Notes: generated from the letters alone by a model not told the origin. A DNA stretch of 64,000 nucleotides from Escherichia coli O127:H6 str. E2348/69 (GCF_000026545.1 NC_011601.1), one strand, 5' to 3'; shown: positions 1-14,938, numbered from the stretch's first letter. Made by a program: numbers and translations.

Positions 1-64
1 ACACCATCGCCAACATTACCTCCGGCAGACTAAAGCCTTGTTGATTCCTCAGGGAAGCTGACAT
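1..64 (-). CDS. ppdC: prepilin-type protein PpdC, 5' portion only (gene continues beyond window start)
   Basis: Minus-strand ATG at 62-64 followed by [21 protein letters not shown], a prepilin-like N-terminus; overlaps ygdB stop as in a ppdA-ppdB-ygdB-ppdC operon. Confidence 0.6.
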   Translation of the reverse strand, partial: MSASLRNQQGFSLPEVMLAMV

Positions 65-456
65 AACGCCCTCTCTTTCAGCGGACAAAAATCGCTCCAG
101 CCGCGTGGCGAAAAAACAATGTTTCCATCGATGACTTCGCCTGTTCGCCACAACGAAACGCCTTCATAACCGGCAATCAATAAGGCTTCATTATCTGCCA
201 GTAAACGCAGACAAACCCGGGCACCGGTGGCAGAATACAGTAAGCACTGAACTGCGGGCTGCATCTGCCAGGAGTGCATTTTTCCCCACTCCAGCGCCGA
301 CTGAACGATGGCCTGGCGGCGCAATGACTGACTTTCCATGCTCACGCGAGAAGCAAAACTGCGATCCTGCTGACTCATTCCTTGCAATAGCAAGCTACCC
401 AAAATCAGCAGCATCAGGACCAGAGCCAGTGACGAAACACCCTTTTCGCGGTTCAC
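49..456 (-). CDS. ygdB: prepilin-like operon protein YgdB (135 aa)
   Basis: Track ORF 49..456, 135 aa; position between ppdB and ppdC. Confidence 0.85.
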   Translation of the reverse strand: MNREKGVSSLALVLMLLILGSLLLQGMSQQDRSFASRVSMESQSLRRQAIVQSALEWGKMHSWQMQPAVQCLLYSATGARVCLRLLADNEALLIAGYEGVSLWRTGEVIDGNIVFSPRGWSDFCPLKERALCQLP

Positions 457-1016
457 AGGTTGGATCCTGTCACGCTATAGCTGGCATCCACCACGGTTTG
501 CGGATCAGCCTTGCTGGCAGCGTGCATATTAACCGTCAACACCGGCGAGAAGCCGCTGACATCCTGACGTACGACCTGAAAAGTGTCGATAATGATGGCA
601 TCCGGATTAGTGACTTTATCCCAGCCCTTACCTTCACAGGATGTCGCACCGCGTAGCGTTTCCAGCACATGCTCCTTCAGACGAAATCCAATCTGGTCGG
701 ACTCTTTTACCGGTTCGCGATCCCAGATACCATTACTGTTCGCATCCCACTGCACAATGACACAGTCACCCTGTCCGACAATTTCCAGCCCTTCGCCCGT
801 ACAGCTGCCATGGCAATAACCCGCCCTCTGGAGATGCTTCGCGACGGTAAATACCCGCAGCCAGATTTCATCATCCAGCGCCAGCTTACGGGTGTTCGTT
901 AAACTTTCACGCTGTAACGCAGGCAGAAAGCGTGCAGCCCCCAGCAACAATACGCTACTGATCGCCATAGCAATCAACACTTCCAGCAGAGAAAAACCTT
1001 GCTCTTTTACAGGCAT
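453..1016 (-). CDS. ppdB: prepilin peptidase-dependent protein B (187 aa)
   Basis: Track ORF 453..1256 trimmed to internal Met giving [17 protein letters not shown] prepilin N-terminus; start overlaps ppdA stop. Confidence 0.85.
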   Translation of the reverse strand: MPVKEQGFSLLEVLIAMAISSVLLLGAARFLPALQRESLTNTRKLALDDEIWLRVFTVAKHLQRAGYCHGSCTGEGLEIVGQGDCVIVQWDANSNGIWDREPVKESDQIGFRLKEHVLETLRGATSCEGKGWDKVTNPDAIIIDTFQVVRQDVSGFSPVLTVNMHAASKADPQTVVDASYSVTGSNL

Positions 1017-1477
1017 CCTTCTGTTTCTCCTTGCTGACAAAGCCGGAGTCTTCCCCACGGCGAAAGCACCAGCCACCACTCGCCCGTTGAGTTTTTGAAG
1101 CGAATATGCCCGGCCCATGCGGTATTGCGCAGGCCAAAGAAAGCAAGCGAAGGTGTCAGGTCGCTCATTTCGACTTCGGGCCAGCGCGGCACAAAGACCA
1201 ATGGTGAACTGCCATGACAGGTATTCGCCCCAGCAACGGAACTCACAAGGCACCATAACGTCCCCTCCCTGATAAGACTGATACTGTGGTCGCGGTTATG
1301 CCAGTTGGCATCTTCACGTAAATAGAGCAAATAGTCCCGCGCCTGGCTGGCGGTTTGCCAAAGCCGTTGCGACTGCTGCCAGTATTGCCAGCCATAGAGC
1401 CCACTTGCGCTTAGCATGACCAGAATCAGCATCGCGACCAGCGTTTCAATCAGCGTATAACCACGTTGTGTTTTCAT
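1007..1477 (-). CDS. ppdA: prepilin peptidase-dependent protein A (156 aa)
   Basis: Track ORF 156 aa, [19 protein letters not shown] prepilin-type N-terminus. Confidence 0.85.
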   Translation of the reverse strand: MKTQRGYTLIETLVAMLILVMLSASGLYGWQYWQQSQRLWQTASQARDYLLYLREDANWHNRDHSISLIREGTLWCLVSSVAGANTCHGSSPLVFVPRWPEVEMSDLTPSLAFFGLRNTAWAGHIRFKNSTGEWWLVLSPWGRLRLCQQGETEGCL

Positions 1478-1661
1478 GCCGGCAGTATGGAGCGAGGAGA
1501 AAAAAAGACGAGGGCCAGTTTCTATTTCTTCGGCGCATCTTCCGGACTATTTACGCCGTTGCAGGACGTTGCAAAATTTCGGGAAGGTGTCTCGAAGAAT
1601 TTAACGGAGGGCAAAAAAAACCGACGCACACTGGCGTCGGCTCTGGCAGGATATTTCGTAA

Positions 1662-2456
1662 TTAGATAGCCACCGGCGCTTTAATGCCCGGATGTGGATC
1701 GTATCCTTCAATCTCAAAGTCTTCGAAACGGTAGTCGAAGATGGATTCGGGTTTACGTTTGATAATCAACTTCGGCAGCGGACGCGGTTCGCGGCTTAAT
1801 TGCAGATGAGTTTGATCCATATGGTTGCTGTACAGATGCGTGTCGCCACCGGTCCAGACAAAATCACCCACTTCCAGATCGCACTGCTGCGCCATCATAT
1901 GCACCAGTAACGCGTAGCTGGCAATGTTGAACGGCAGGCCGAGGAAGACGTCACAGGAGCGCTGATAAAGCTGGCAAGAGAGTTTGCCGTCTGCCACATA
2001 GAACTGGAAGAATGCATGGCACGGTGCCAGCGCCATTTTATCCAGTTCGCCTACGTTCCACGCTGAAACAATAATGCGACGGGAATCCGGGTCGTTTTTC
2101 AGCTGGTTCAGTACAGTAGTGATCTGGTCAATATGACGACCATCCGGCGTTGGCCAGGCGCGCCACTGTTTACCATACACTGGCCCGAGGTCGCCGTTTT
2201 CATCGGCCCATTCGTCCCAGATGGTGACATTGTTTTCGTGTAGATAAGCAATGTTAGTGTCGCCCTGCAGGAACCACAGCAGTTCGTGGATGATGGAACG
2301 CAGGTGGCAACGTTTAGTTGTCACCAGCGGGAATCCATCCTGCAGGTTAAAACGCATCTGATGACCAAAAATGGAAAGCGTTCCGGTTCCGGTACGGTCG
2401 TTTTTCTGTGTGCCTTCGTCGAGCACTTTTTGCATCAGTTCTAAATACTGTTTCAT
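1662..2456 (-). CDS. thyA: thymidylate synthase (264 aa)
   Basis: Track ORF 264 aa with recognisable ThyA sequence ([38 protein letters not shown]). Confidence 0.97.
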
Positions 2457-2462
2457 GGTTCC

Positions 2463-3338
2463 TCAGGAAACGTGTTGCTGTGGGCTGCGACGATATGCCC
2501 AGACCATCATGATCACACCCGCGACAATCATCGGGATGGAAAGAATTTGCCCCATGCTGATGTACTGCACCCAGGCACCAGTAAACTGCGCGTCGGGCTG
2601 GCGGAAAAACTCAACAATGATGCGAAACGCGCCGTAACCAATCAGGAACAAACCTGAGACAGCTCCCATTGGGCGCGGTTTACGAATATACAGGTTGAGG
2701 ATAATAAACAGCACTACACCTTCCAGCAACAGCTCGTAAAGCTGTGATGGGTGGCGCGGCAGCACACCGTAAGTATCGAAAATGGATTGCCACTGCGGGT
2801 TGGTTTGCAGCAGCAAAATATCTTCTGTACGGGAGCCAGGGAACAGCATGGCAAACGGGAAGTTCGGGTCAACGCGGCCCCACAATTCACCGTTAATAAA
2901 GTTGCCCAGACGCCCGGCACCAAGACCAAACGGAATGAGTGGGGCGATAAAATCAGAGACCTGGAAGAAGGAACGTTTAGTACGGCGGGCGAAGATAATC
3001 ATCACCACGATAACGCCAATCAGGCCTCCGTGGAAGGACATGCCGCCGTCCCAGACACGGAAAAGATACAGCGGATCGGCCATAAACTGCGGGAAATTGT
3101 AGAACAGAACATAACCAATACGTCCACCGAGGAAGACGCCGAGGAAGCCCGCATAGAGTAAGTTTTCAACTTCATTTTTGGTCCAGCCACTGCCCGGACG
3201 ATTCGCCCGTCGTGTTGCCAGCCACATTGCAAAAATGAAACCCACCAGATACATCAGGCCGTACCAGTGAAGCGCCACGGGTCCTATTGAGAAAATGACC
3301 GGATCAAACTCCGGAAAATGCAGATAGCTACTGGTCAT
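2463..3338 (-). CDS. lgt: prolipoprotein diacylglyceryl transferase (291 aa)
   Basis: Track ORF 291 aa, hydrophobic integral membrane protein, recognisable Lgt sequence; immediately upstream of thyA. Confidence 0.95.
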
Positions 3339-3488
3339 CTGTCACCACAAGTTCTTGTTATTTCGCTGAAAGAGAACAGCGATTGAAATGCGCGCCGCAG
3401 GTTTCAGGCGCTCCAAAGGTGCGAATAATAGCACAAGGGGACCTGGCTGGTTGCCGGATACCGTTAAAAGATATGTATATGATCCGCG

Positions 3489-5735
3489 CTATAACCCCCC
3501 GCGAATCAGCCCGCCCATGCCGCGACGCTCCATAAAGGCAGCAACCTGATGGCGAACTTCGGTCGCCAGTTGCGCTTCCAGACTACGCTGCGCAAGATTT
3601 TCTGCTTCAGCAAAATCAATGCGCCGCAGCAGGTATTTTACGCGCGCTACAGAACGTCCGTTCATAGACAGATGGCGATACCCAAGCCCAATGAGGATTG
3701 CCACGCACATGGGATCGCCCGCCATTTCACCGCACAAACGGAGATCGATTCCATGTATTTCCGCTTCCCGGGCGATCATCGCCAGAGCTCGTAACATTGC
3801 AGGATGAAGACTGTCATAAATGTTCGCCACCCGGGTATTGTTGCGATCAACGGCCAGGATGTATTGAGTCAGATCGTTGGTGCCAACAGAGATGAAATCG
3901 ACCCGCTTTGCCAGATGCGGCAGCATAAATACCATTGACGGCACTTCCAGCATGATGCCGATACGTGGTTTGGGAATTTCGTAACCGATCATCTCCTCGA
4001 CTTCACGTCCGGCACGTTCAATCAGGCGGCGTGCTTCGTCAACTTCATCGAGGCTTGTGACCATCGGCAACAGAATATTCAGGTTGCCCGTAGCGGCATT
4101 AGCACGCAGCATCGCCCGCACCTGGATCAAGAAGATCTCCGGCTGATCGAGCGTAATGCGAATCCCACGCCAACCCAGGCATGGATTCTCTTCGCTAATC
4201 GGCATGTAAGGCAGCTGCTTATCTGCTCCGACATCCAGCGTACGCAAGGTGACGGGTTTATCATTAAACATTTGCAGCATCCCCTGATACTGCGCCACCT
4301 GTTCTTCTTCCGACGGAAAACCACTTTGCAGCATGAATGGGATTTCAGTGCGATAAAGTCCTATGCCATCAATACGGCTGCCCAGTTTTTCTTCATGTTC
4401 CGGGCTTAAACCGGCATTGAGCATGACTTTAATGCGCTCGCCGCTTTTTAACTGGGCGGGTAAATTGACGTCATCTTCCGCCAGACGGCTAAGCTCGATC
4501 TCTTCACTAATTAGCCGCTGATATTCTTGCAGCAGTACCGGCTCCGGATCGACCAGCAATTCACCGCGATAACCATCGACGATCAGCGTCCGACGATGCA
4601 GTACCGAAGGCTGAATATCCGCGCCCATCACGGTAGGTATCCCCAGCGCACGTACCATGATCGCAGCATGGGAGTTGGCAGCGCCATCGCGCACGACAAC
4701 ACCGACTAAGCGATCCTGGGGCAGCTCAGCAAGCGTTGTCGCTGACAGTTCATCTGCCACCAGAATGAAACGTTCCGGCCAGGCGTTCGGCCCTTGATTA
4801 GCGTCATCAAGATGAAACAGCAATCGCTGACCCAGCGCACGTAAATCGCCAGCCCGCTCTTTGAGATAGTTATCGCTTAGCGCGGCAAACTGTTCGGCAA
4901 ATTTTTCAATGACCGTTTTTACCGCCCACTCTGCCACCGAGCCTTTATCAACCTCGGCAAACAATTCGCGACGCAGCCGGGTATCCGAAAGCAGGTGTGA
5001 GTAAAGATCGAAAATAGCCGCCGTTTCTTTTTGTGCACCGGCAGCAAAGCGTTTGCTATAGCGGCGAAACTCGTTAGCCGCCTCTTCCAACGCCCCGGTC
5101 AGTCGTTCGCGTTCCAGAGCCGGATCCAGCGTTGATGCCTGATACACCTGTTCCATTAAAGGTAACGTGGCATCCTGCCAGCCTTCGGCAATCGCCACAC
5201 CAGGTGCTGCCGGTAATGCACGGATTCGCGTCTGGCGATATTGCCCAAACAAGGCAGTCAACTGCGACTGAGAAAGAATAGCTGCCATCTGGGTGGCAAG
5301 CGTCACCAGGAAGGATTCTTCACTTTCGTCATACTGGCGCAACTCTCGTTGCTGTACCACCAGTACACCAAGCAACTGGCGACGTTGAATAATTGGTACG
5401 CCTAAAAACGCGCGGAAACGTTCTTCTTTTACGGAGGGGATGTATTTGAAGCTGGGGTGCTTTTGCGCATCTGCAAGGTTTATCGGTTCCGCCAGCCTGC
5501 CAACCAGGCCGACGATCCCTTCATCAAACGCGAGCGTTACAGTGCGACCGCGTGGTTTTTTCAGTCCCCGGGTCGCCATCAGGTAGTAACAACGTCGATC
5601 ATGATCGGCCAGGTAGACCGAACAGACCTCGGTATCCATCGCAAGACAGATGTCGGTAACCAGAATATTTAACGCCTCATTCAGGCGTGGTGCGCTGGCT
5701 ACCTTTTCGACTATTTCGCGCAGGCGAGTGAGCAT
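3489..5735 (-). CDS. ptsP: phosphoenolpyruvate-protein phosphotransferase PtsP (EI-Ntr, GAF domain) (748 aa)
   Basis: Track ORF 748 aa; PEP-utilising enzyme I family sequence. Confidence 0.95.
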   Translation of the reverse strand: MLTRLREIVEKVASAPRLNEALNILVTDICLAMDTEVCSVYLADHDRRCYYLMATRGLKKPRGRTVTLAFDEGIVGLVGRLAEPINLADAQKHPSFKYIPSVKEERFRAFLGVPIIQRRQLLGVLVVQQRELRQYDESEESFLVTLATQMAAILSQSQLTALFGQYRQTRIRALPAAPGVAIAEGWQDATLPLMEQVYQASTLDPALERERLTGALEEAANEFRRYSKRFAAGAQKETAAIFDLYSHLLSDTRLRRELFAEVDKGSVAEWAVKTVIEKFAEQFAALSDNYLKERAGDLRALGQRLLFHLDDANQGPNAWPERFILVADELSATTLAELPQDRLVGVVVRDGAANSHAAIMVRALGIPTVMGADIQPSVLHRRTLIVDGYRGELLVDPEPVLLQEYQRLISEEIELSRLAEDDVNLPAQLKSGERIKVMLNAGLSPEHEEKLGSRIDGIGLYRTEIPFMLQSGFPSEEEQVAQYQGMLQMFNDKPVTLRTLDVGADKQLPYMPISEENPCLGWRGIRITLDQPEIFLIQVRAMLRANAATGNLNILLPMVTSLDEVDEARRLIERAGREVEEMIGYEIPKPRIGIMLEVPSMVFMLPHLAKRVDFISVGTNDLTQYILAVDRNNTRVANIYDSLHPAMLRALAMIAREAEIHGIDLRLCGEMAGDPMCVAILIGLGYRHLSMNGRSVARVKYLLRRIDFAEAENLAQRSLEAQLATEVRHQVAAFMERRGMGGLIRGGL

Positions 5736-5747
5736 AATTGGCGTGAC

Positions 5748-6278
5748 TTAACCTCTTTTACGTCGATAAGCAGATGCGTTTTGTGGTTTTGGCGTATTTT
5801 CCTGCAATGACATCACCACACTCGCGAACTCTTTCATTACCCTACGGTAGACATCACGTTTAAATGACACCACCTGTCTGACTGGATACCAGTAACTTAC
5901 CCATCGCCAGCCGTCAAACTCTGGTGTACTGCTGGTTTGCATATTGATTTCTGCATCGCCGCTCACCAGCTGCAAGAGAAACCATTTTTGTTTTTGGCCG
6001 ATACAAACCGGCTTCGTGTCCCAACGCACCAAACGTTTCGGTAATTTGTAGCGCAACCAGTTACGCGTTGAAGCAAGGATTCGAACGTCTTTGCGGCTTA
6101 ATCCTACTTCTTCAAACAATTCACGGTACATCGCCTGCTCTGCGGATTCTCCGGGGTTGATTCCGCCTTGCGGAAATTGCCAGGAGTGCTGACCAAATCG
6201 CCGGGCCCACATTACCTGCCCCTGGCGATTACAAATCACGATACCTACGTTTGGGCGGTAGCCATCGTCATCAATCAC
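5748..6278 (-). CDS. rppH: RNA pyrophosphohydrolase (Nudix) (176 aa)
   Basis: Track ORF 176 aa with Nudix box [22 protein letters not shown]; upstream of ptsP. Confidence 0.95.
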
Positions 6279-6429
6279 CGGACTACCTCAAAATAAAGCT
6301 TTATATACGAATGATTGTTTCATACTCCAGGAAGACGGTAAACCACTCTCTGCAGGGCATTACACACTAATAACAATTGAATAACTCACAGTTATGTGCA
6401 GAGTTATAAACAGAGGAAGGGGTGGATAG

Positions 6430-6780
6430 CCGTTTTTATTCACCTTTTCTGTGGATAGAGTTGTGAAGAACTACGGAATTACTGCGGGAAAAGCCGGAGC
6501 ATTCTGAATAAGACAGATATAGAGATTTTAAAATATTCATTATCAGTCAATGCATTACATGTGATTTGAGTAATAAAAAAGAGTAATTCGTGACTCAGGT
6601 CACACCTCTCATTTACGTGTTGGCGAAAGATCAACCAATGCCGTATTTATCCACAGAATGTGCCACTAAGTTAAGCACTGAACCACTAAAAACTGGAGTT
6701 TCGTCGCACGTCAAGGCTGTAAATGGAAACAGTAGTGGAGGTTTTTCACAGTTATCCCAGCTTTCTGTGGATAACATGGT
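6430..6780. promoter_or_regulatory. DnaA-box cluster in rppH-mutH spacer, candidate DARS2 (DnaA-reactivating sequence)
   Basis: Perfect TTATCCACA at 6647-6655 and perfect inverted copy TGTGGATAA at 6766-6774 (both confirmed against the frame of track ORF 6590..6784), plus an 8/9 box near 6450; unusually long 684-bp intergenic spacer. Confidence 0.5.
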
Positions 6781-6962
6781 GTAAGATCCTGTTTATTTTC
6801 AGTGACCAGATTTGGAAAACCCGTTGCAGTGTTGCGCAACTCGTTTACCGGCAACCTAAAAAGCAATATAAATCAGAGAATTGAACAACGCATGTGGAAA
6901 AAGTTACACTGCGAATATTCAGCACATAATTGCTGTTTGTTTTTTAACCAAGGTATCATGAC

Positions 6963-7652
6963 ATGTCCCAACCTCGCCCACTGCTCTCTCCTCCCGAAAC
7001 TGAAGAACAATTGTTAGCGCAAGCACAACAACTTTCTGGTTATACATTGGGAGAACTGGCGGCACTTGCCGGGCTGGTTACGCCGGAGAATTTAAAACGC
7101 GATAAGGGCTGGATTGGCGTGTTACTGGAGATCTGGCTAGGTGCCAGCGCAGGGAGTAAACCTGAGCAAGATTTTGCTGCTCTGGGCGTGGAACTTAAAA
7201 CTATCCCTGTGGATAGTCTTGGTCGTCCACTGGAAACAACATTCGTTTGTGTTGCCCCGTTAACGGGCAATAGCGGGGTGACCTGGGAAACCAGCCACGT
7301 GCGCCACAAGCTCAAACGCGTGCTGTGGATACCGGTTGAAGGCGAGCGCAGCATCCCGCTGGCAAAGCGTCGCGTAGGATCACCGTTGCTGTGGAGCCCG
7401 AATGAAGAGGAAGACCAGCAGCTACGCGAAGACTGGGAAGAATTAATGGATATGATTGTTCTCGGTCAGATTGAGCGGATCACCGCTCGTCACGGGGAAT
7501 ATTTACAGATACGACCGAAAGCAGCGAATGCGAAAGCGCTGACCGAAGCTATTGGTGCCCGGGGCGAACGGATTCTGACGCTGCCGCGCGGATTTTATTT
7601 GAAGAAGAATTTCACCAGTGCGCTACTGGCCCGTCATTTTCTGATCCAGTAG
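6963..7652 (+). CDS. mutH: methyl-directed mismatch repair endonuclease MutH (229 aa)
   Basis: Track ORF 229 aa, recognisable MutH sequence. Confidence 0.95.
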   Translation: MSQPRPLLSPPETEEQLLAQAQQLSGYTLGELAALAGLVTPENLKRDKGWIGVLLEIWLGASAGSKPEQDFAALGVELKTIPVDSLGRPLETTFVCVAPLTGNSGVTWETSHVRHKLKRVLWIPVEGERSIPLAKRRVGSPLLWSPNEEEDQQLREDWEELMDMIVLGQIERITARHGEYLQIRPKAANAKALTEAIGARGERILTLPRGFYLKKNFTSALLARHFLIQ

Positions 7653-7720
7653 CCATCGCTTTGACCTGCTGCTTTCCGGGCATATAATTACCGCTTCATT
7701 TTTTTGGCAGGGCTTTTTAG

Positions 7721-8434
7721 ATGTTATTTGCATGGATAACCGATCCTAACGCCTGGCTTGCGCTCGGTACACTGACGCTGCTGGAGATCGTTCTTGGGAT
7801 CGACAATATTATTTTCCTTTCTCTGGTGGTGGCAAAGCTTCCCACAGCACAACGTGCTCATGCGCGCCGTCTGGGGTTGGCGGGAGCCATGGTTATGCGT
7901 CTGGCGCTGCTGGCATCCATCGCCTGGGTTACGCGCCTGACGAATCCGCTTTTTACAATATTCAGTCAGGAAATTTCCGCCCGTGATTTGATCCTGCTTC
8001 TGGGTGGCTTGTTCCTTATCTGGAAAGCCAGCAAGGAAATCCACGAATCCATCGAAGGTGAAGAAGAAGGGCTGAAAACACGCGTTTCATCATTCCTCGG
8101 CGCTATCGTGCAGATTATGCTGCTGGATATTATCTTCAGCCTCGACTCGGTGATTACCGCTGTGGGTCTGTCAGATCACCTGTTTATTATGATGGCTGCC
8201 GTGGTGATTGCCGTAGGCGTGATGATGTTCGCCGCGCGCTCGATTGGTGATTTTGTCGAGCGCCATCCTTCGGTAAAAATGCTGGCGCTCTCTTTCCTGA
8301 TTCTGGTGGGCTTTACCCTGATTCTGGAAAGTTTCGACATCCACGTACCGAAAGGTTACATCTACTTCGCGATGTTCTTCTCTATTGCGGTTGAAAGCCT
8401 CAACCTGATTCGCAACAAAAAGAATCCGCTCTGA
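7721..8434 (+). CDS. ygdQ: TerC-family inner membrane protein (237 aa)
   Basis: Track ORF 237 aa, multi-pass hydrophobic protein. Confidence 0.9.
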
Positions 8435-8571
8435 TACTCCGTACGCTCTCCTGCGGGAGGGCGTACTCACTCCTGTTACCCTCACAGTTTAAGATTTTCC
8501 TGCTTTCAAGATATATAACGTCGGTTTATAAACAGACTATTATCATAGGTGGGCCAAATGAGGATAACCGG

Positions 8572-8790
8572 ATGAAAAAATGGGCAGTAATAATTTCTGC
8601 AGTCGGACTGGCGTTTGCTGTTTCCGGGTGTTCCAGTGATTACGTCATGGCGACCAAAGATGGTCGTATGATTTTGACCGATGGAAAACCTGAAATTGAT
8701 GATGATACCGGGCTGGTGAGTTATCACGATCAGCAAGGTAACGCGATGCAAATTAACCGTGATGATGTTTCGCAAATTATTGAACGTTAA
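8572..8790 (+). CDS. ygdR: small lipoprotein YgdR (72 aa)
   Basis: Track ORF 72 aa with signal peptide and lipobox (AVSGC); RBS-like AGGATAA upstream. Confidence 0.85.
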
Positions 8791-8897
8791 CAAATAAGGT
8801 CAGCATCCGGCTGGCCTTAAGATTTTTCTCTTTCCCTTTTCCCTTCCCTCTGCCATTTTTATATTCCTTATGTCGTGATTATAAAAAGGAAACGGCT

Positions 8898-9938
8898 ATG
8901 CAATATCACCGTATACCCCACAGTTCGCTGGAAGTCAGCACGCTGGGGCTTGGCACGATGACGTTTGGTGAACAGAACAGCGAAGCCGACGCCCACGCAC
9001 AACTCGACTATGCCGTCGCTCAGGGCATTAACCTTATCGACGTTGCCGAAATGTACCCAGTACCTCCGCGCCCCGAAACTCAAGGGCTAACCGAAACCTA
9101 CGTCGGCAACTGGCTGGCGAAACATGGCAGCCGCGAAAAGTTAATTATCGCCTCCAAAGTGAGCGGACCGTCGCGCAATAATGACAAAGGCATTCGCCCG
9201 GATCAGGCGCTGGATCGGAAGAATATCCGCGAAGCGCTGCATGACAGCCTCAAGCGTCTGCAGACTGATTACCTCGATCTCTATCAGGTGCACTGGCCGC
9301 AGCGCCCAACCAACTGCTTCGGCAAACTCGGTTATAGCTGGACAGATTCTGCGCCTGCGGTTTCGCTGCTGGATACGCTGGACGCACTGGCAGAGTACCA
9401 ACGCGCGGGAAAAATTCGTTATATCGGCGTGTCGAACGAAACTGCATTTGGCGTAATGCGCTACCTGCATCTGGCGGACAAACACGATCTGCCGCGTATT
9501 GTCACCATTCAGACCCCCTACAGCCTGTTAAACCGCAGTTTTGAAGTAGGTCTGGCAGAAGTCAGCCAGTATGAAGGGGTCGAACTGCTGGCCTATTCGT
9601 GCCTGGGTTTCGGCACACTGACCGGGAAATATCTCAATGGTGCAAAACCCGCTGGCGCACGTAATACGCTCTTTAGTCGGTTCACCCGCTATAGCGGTGA
9701 GCAAACGCAAAAAGCCGTCGCGGCGTATGTTGATATCGCCAGACGTCATGGCCTGGATCCTGCTCAGATGGCGCTCGCATTTGTACGCCGTCAACCGTTT
9801 GTTGCCAGCACTCTGCTGGGCGCAACCACGATGGAGCAGCTGAAAACTAACGTCGAAAGTTTGCATCTGGAGTTGAGCGAAGACGTATTAGCTGAAATTG
9901 AAGCGGTGCATCAGGTTTATACGTATCCTGCACCATAA
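8898..9938 (+). CDS. tas: aldo-keto reductase Tas (346 aa)
   Basis: Track ORF 346 aa, aldo-keto reductase family sequence. Confidence 0.9.
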   Translation: MQYHRIPHSSLEVSTLGLGTMTFGEQNSEADAHAQLDYAVAQGINLIDVAEMYPVPPRPETQGLTETYVGNWLAKHGSREKLIIASKVSGPSRNNDKGIRPDQALDRKNIREALHDSLKRLQTDYLDLYQVHWPQRPTNCFGKLGYSWTDSAPAVSLLDTLDALAEYQRAGKIRYIGVSNETAFGVMRYLHLADKHDLPRIVTIQTPYSLLNRSFEVGLAEVSQYEGVELLAYSCLGFGTLTGKYLNGAKPAGARNTLFSRFTRYSGEQTQKAVAAYVDIARRHGLDPAQMALAFVRRQPFVASTLLGATTMEQLKTNVESLHLELSEDVLAEIEAVHQVYTYPAP

Positions 9939-9940
9939 GA

Positions 9941-9966
9941 TTAACGCCGGTTAAAACCGGCGTTAA
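9941..9966. terminator. 12-bp perfect palindrome hairpin between convergent tas and lplT
   Basis: TTAACGCCGGTT / AACCGGCGTTAA inverted repeat directly after tas stop and before lplT stop. Confidence 0.5.
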
Positions 9967-9969
9967 ATA

Positions 9970-13336
<3,367 letters not shown>

Positions 13337-13402
13337 TCAGTAAAAGCGAATGGAGGGAGATTACACGAGATAAAGAACGCGAGCGACAGTAAATTAGGTG
13401 CG

Positions 13403-13490
13403 AAAAAAAACCTGCGCATCCGCGCAGGTTGGTGCAAGAGACAGGGTACGAAGAGCGTACCGAATAATCTCACCAATCAATACCTCTGGG
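13403..13490 (-). ncRNA. omrA: small regulatory RNA OmrA (88 nt)
   Basis: Minus-strand sequence begins CCCAGAGGUAUUGAUUGGUGAG and ends with a GC-rich hairpin plus U8 run; matches my memory of OmrA; located between aas and galR. Confidence 0.9.
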
Positions 13491-13605
13491 ATCTTGATTG
13501 TGGTCTGCACGACGACTCTTCGCCAGCGAGAAAACGCAAAGGAATGAAGGGAAATGCAACGAGGTGTGTAAATTGTCGGTTACTGTTACAGATTGATGAC
13601 CGGCA

Positions 13606-13687
13606 AAAAAAAACCTGCGCATCTGCGCAGGCTGGTGTAATTCATGTGCTCAACCCGAAGTTGACTTCACCTATCAATACCTCTGGG
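13606..13687 (-). ncRNA. omrB: small regulatory RNA OmrB (82 nt)
   Basis: Minus-strand sequence begins CCCAGAGGUAUUGAUAGGUGAAG and ends with hairpin plus U-run; shares 5' and 3' ends with OmrA, divergent centre. Confidence 0.9.
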
Positions 13688-13900
13688 ATCACCACTTTAG
13701 CAACCTGAAGCCAAACGCCACCAGCGGTCAATCGCAACAGCGTTTCGCAAAGTGTAACCAAAGGTTTGCAATCTCTTTTTTTGTCTTACTTATTTGCGTT
13801 TGGCTCACATTCCCACGATGAAAACATGTCACCCCTTGAACCAACGGGCGTTTTCCGTAACACTGAAAGAATGTAAGCGTTTACCCACTAAGGTATTTTC

Positions 13901-14932
13901 ATGGCGACCATAAAGGATGTAGCCCGACTGGCAGGCGTTTCAGTCGCCACCGTTTCCCGCGTCATTAATAATTCACCCAAAGCCAGCGAAGCTTCCCGGC
14001 TTGCTGTGCATAGTGCAATGGAGTCTCTTAGCTATCACCCGAACGCCAACGCCCGTGCGCTGGCGCAGCAGACCACTGAAACGATCGGTCTGGTCGTTGG
14101 TGATGTTTCCGATCCGTTTTTCGGTGCAATGGTGAAAGCGGTCGAACAGGTGGCTTATCACACTGGTAATTTTTTATTGATTGGCAACGGTTACCACAAC
14201 GAACAAAAAGAGCGTCAGGCCATTGAGCAACTGATCCGCCATCGCTGTGCTGCGCTGGTTGTCCATGCCAAAATGATCCCGGATGCCGATTTAGCCTCGT
14301 TAATGAAACAAATGCCCGGTATGGTGCTGATCAACCGTATCCTGCCTGGCTTTGAAAACCGTTGTATTGCTCTGGACGATCGTTACGGTGCCTGGCTGGC
14401 AACGCGTCATTTAATTCAGCAAGGTCATACCCGCATTGGTTATCTGTGCTCTAACCACTCTATTTCTGACGCCGAAGATCGTCTGCAAGGGTATTACGAT
14501 GCCCTTGCTGAAAGTGGTATTCCGGCCAATGACCGGCTGGTGACATTTGGCGAACCAGACGAAAGCGGCGGCGAACAGGCAATGACCGAGCTTTTGGGAC
14601 GAGGCAGAAATTTCACTGCGGTAGCCTGTTATAACGATTCAATGGCGGCGGGCGCGATGGGCGTGCTCAATGATAATGGTATTGATGTACCGGGTGAGAT
14701 TTCGTTAATTGGCTTTGATGATGTGCTGGTGTCACGCTATGTGCGTCCGCGCCTGACCACCGTGCGTTACCCAATCGTGACGATGGCGACGCAGGCTGCC
14801 GAACTGGCTTTGGCGCTGGCGGATAATCGCCCTCTCCCGGAAATCACTAATGTCTTTAGTCCGACGCTGGTACGTCGCCATTCAGTGTCAACTCCGTCGC
14901 TGGAGGCAAGTCATCATGCAACCAGCGACTAA
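13901..14932 (+). CDS. galR: galactose operon repressor, LacI family (343 aa)
   Basis: Track ORF 343 aa, N-terminal HTH MATIKDVARLAGVSVATVSRVIN. Confidence 0.95.
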   Translation: MATIKDVARLAGVSVATVSRVINNSPKASEASRLAVHSAMESLSYHPNANARALAQQTTETIGLVVGDVSDPFFGAMVKAVEQVAYHTGNFLLIGNGYHNEQKERQAIEQLIRHRCAALVVHAKMIPDADLASLMKQMPGMVLINRILPGFENRCIALDDRYGAWLATRHLIQQGHTRIGYLCSNHSISDAEDRLQGYYDALAESGIPANDRLVTFGEPDESGGEQAMTELLGRGRNFTAVACYNDSMAAGAMGVLNDNGIDVPGEISLIGFDDVLVSRYVRPRLTTVRYPIVTMATQAAELALALADNRPLPEITNVFSPTLVRRHSVSTPSLEASHHATSD

Positions 14933-14938
14933 CCGCAG

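Noticed and set aside
6590-7017. Two small plus-strand ORFs (64 and 71 aa) in the rppH-mutH spacer
   Set aside because: They overlap the DnaA-box cluster interpreted as DARS2 and lack convincing translation signals; more likely non-coding regulatory DNA, though a small annotated peptide in this spacer cannot be excluded
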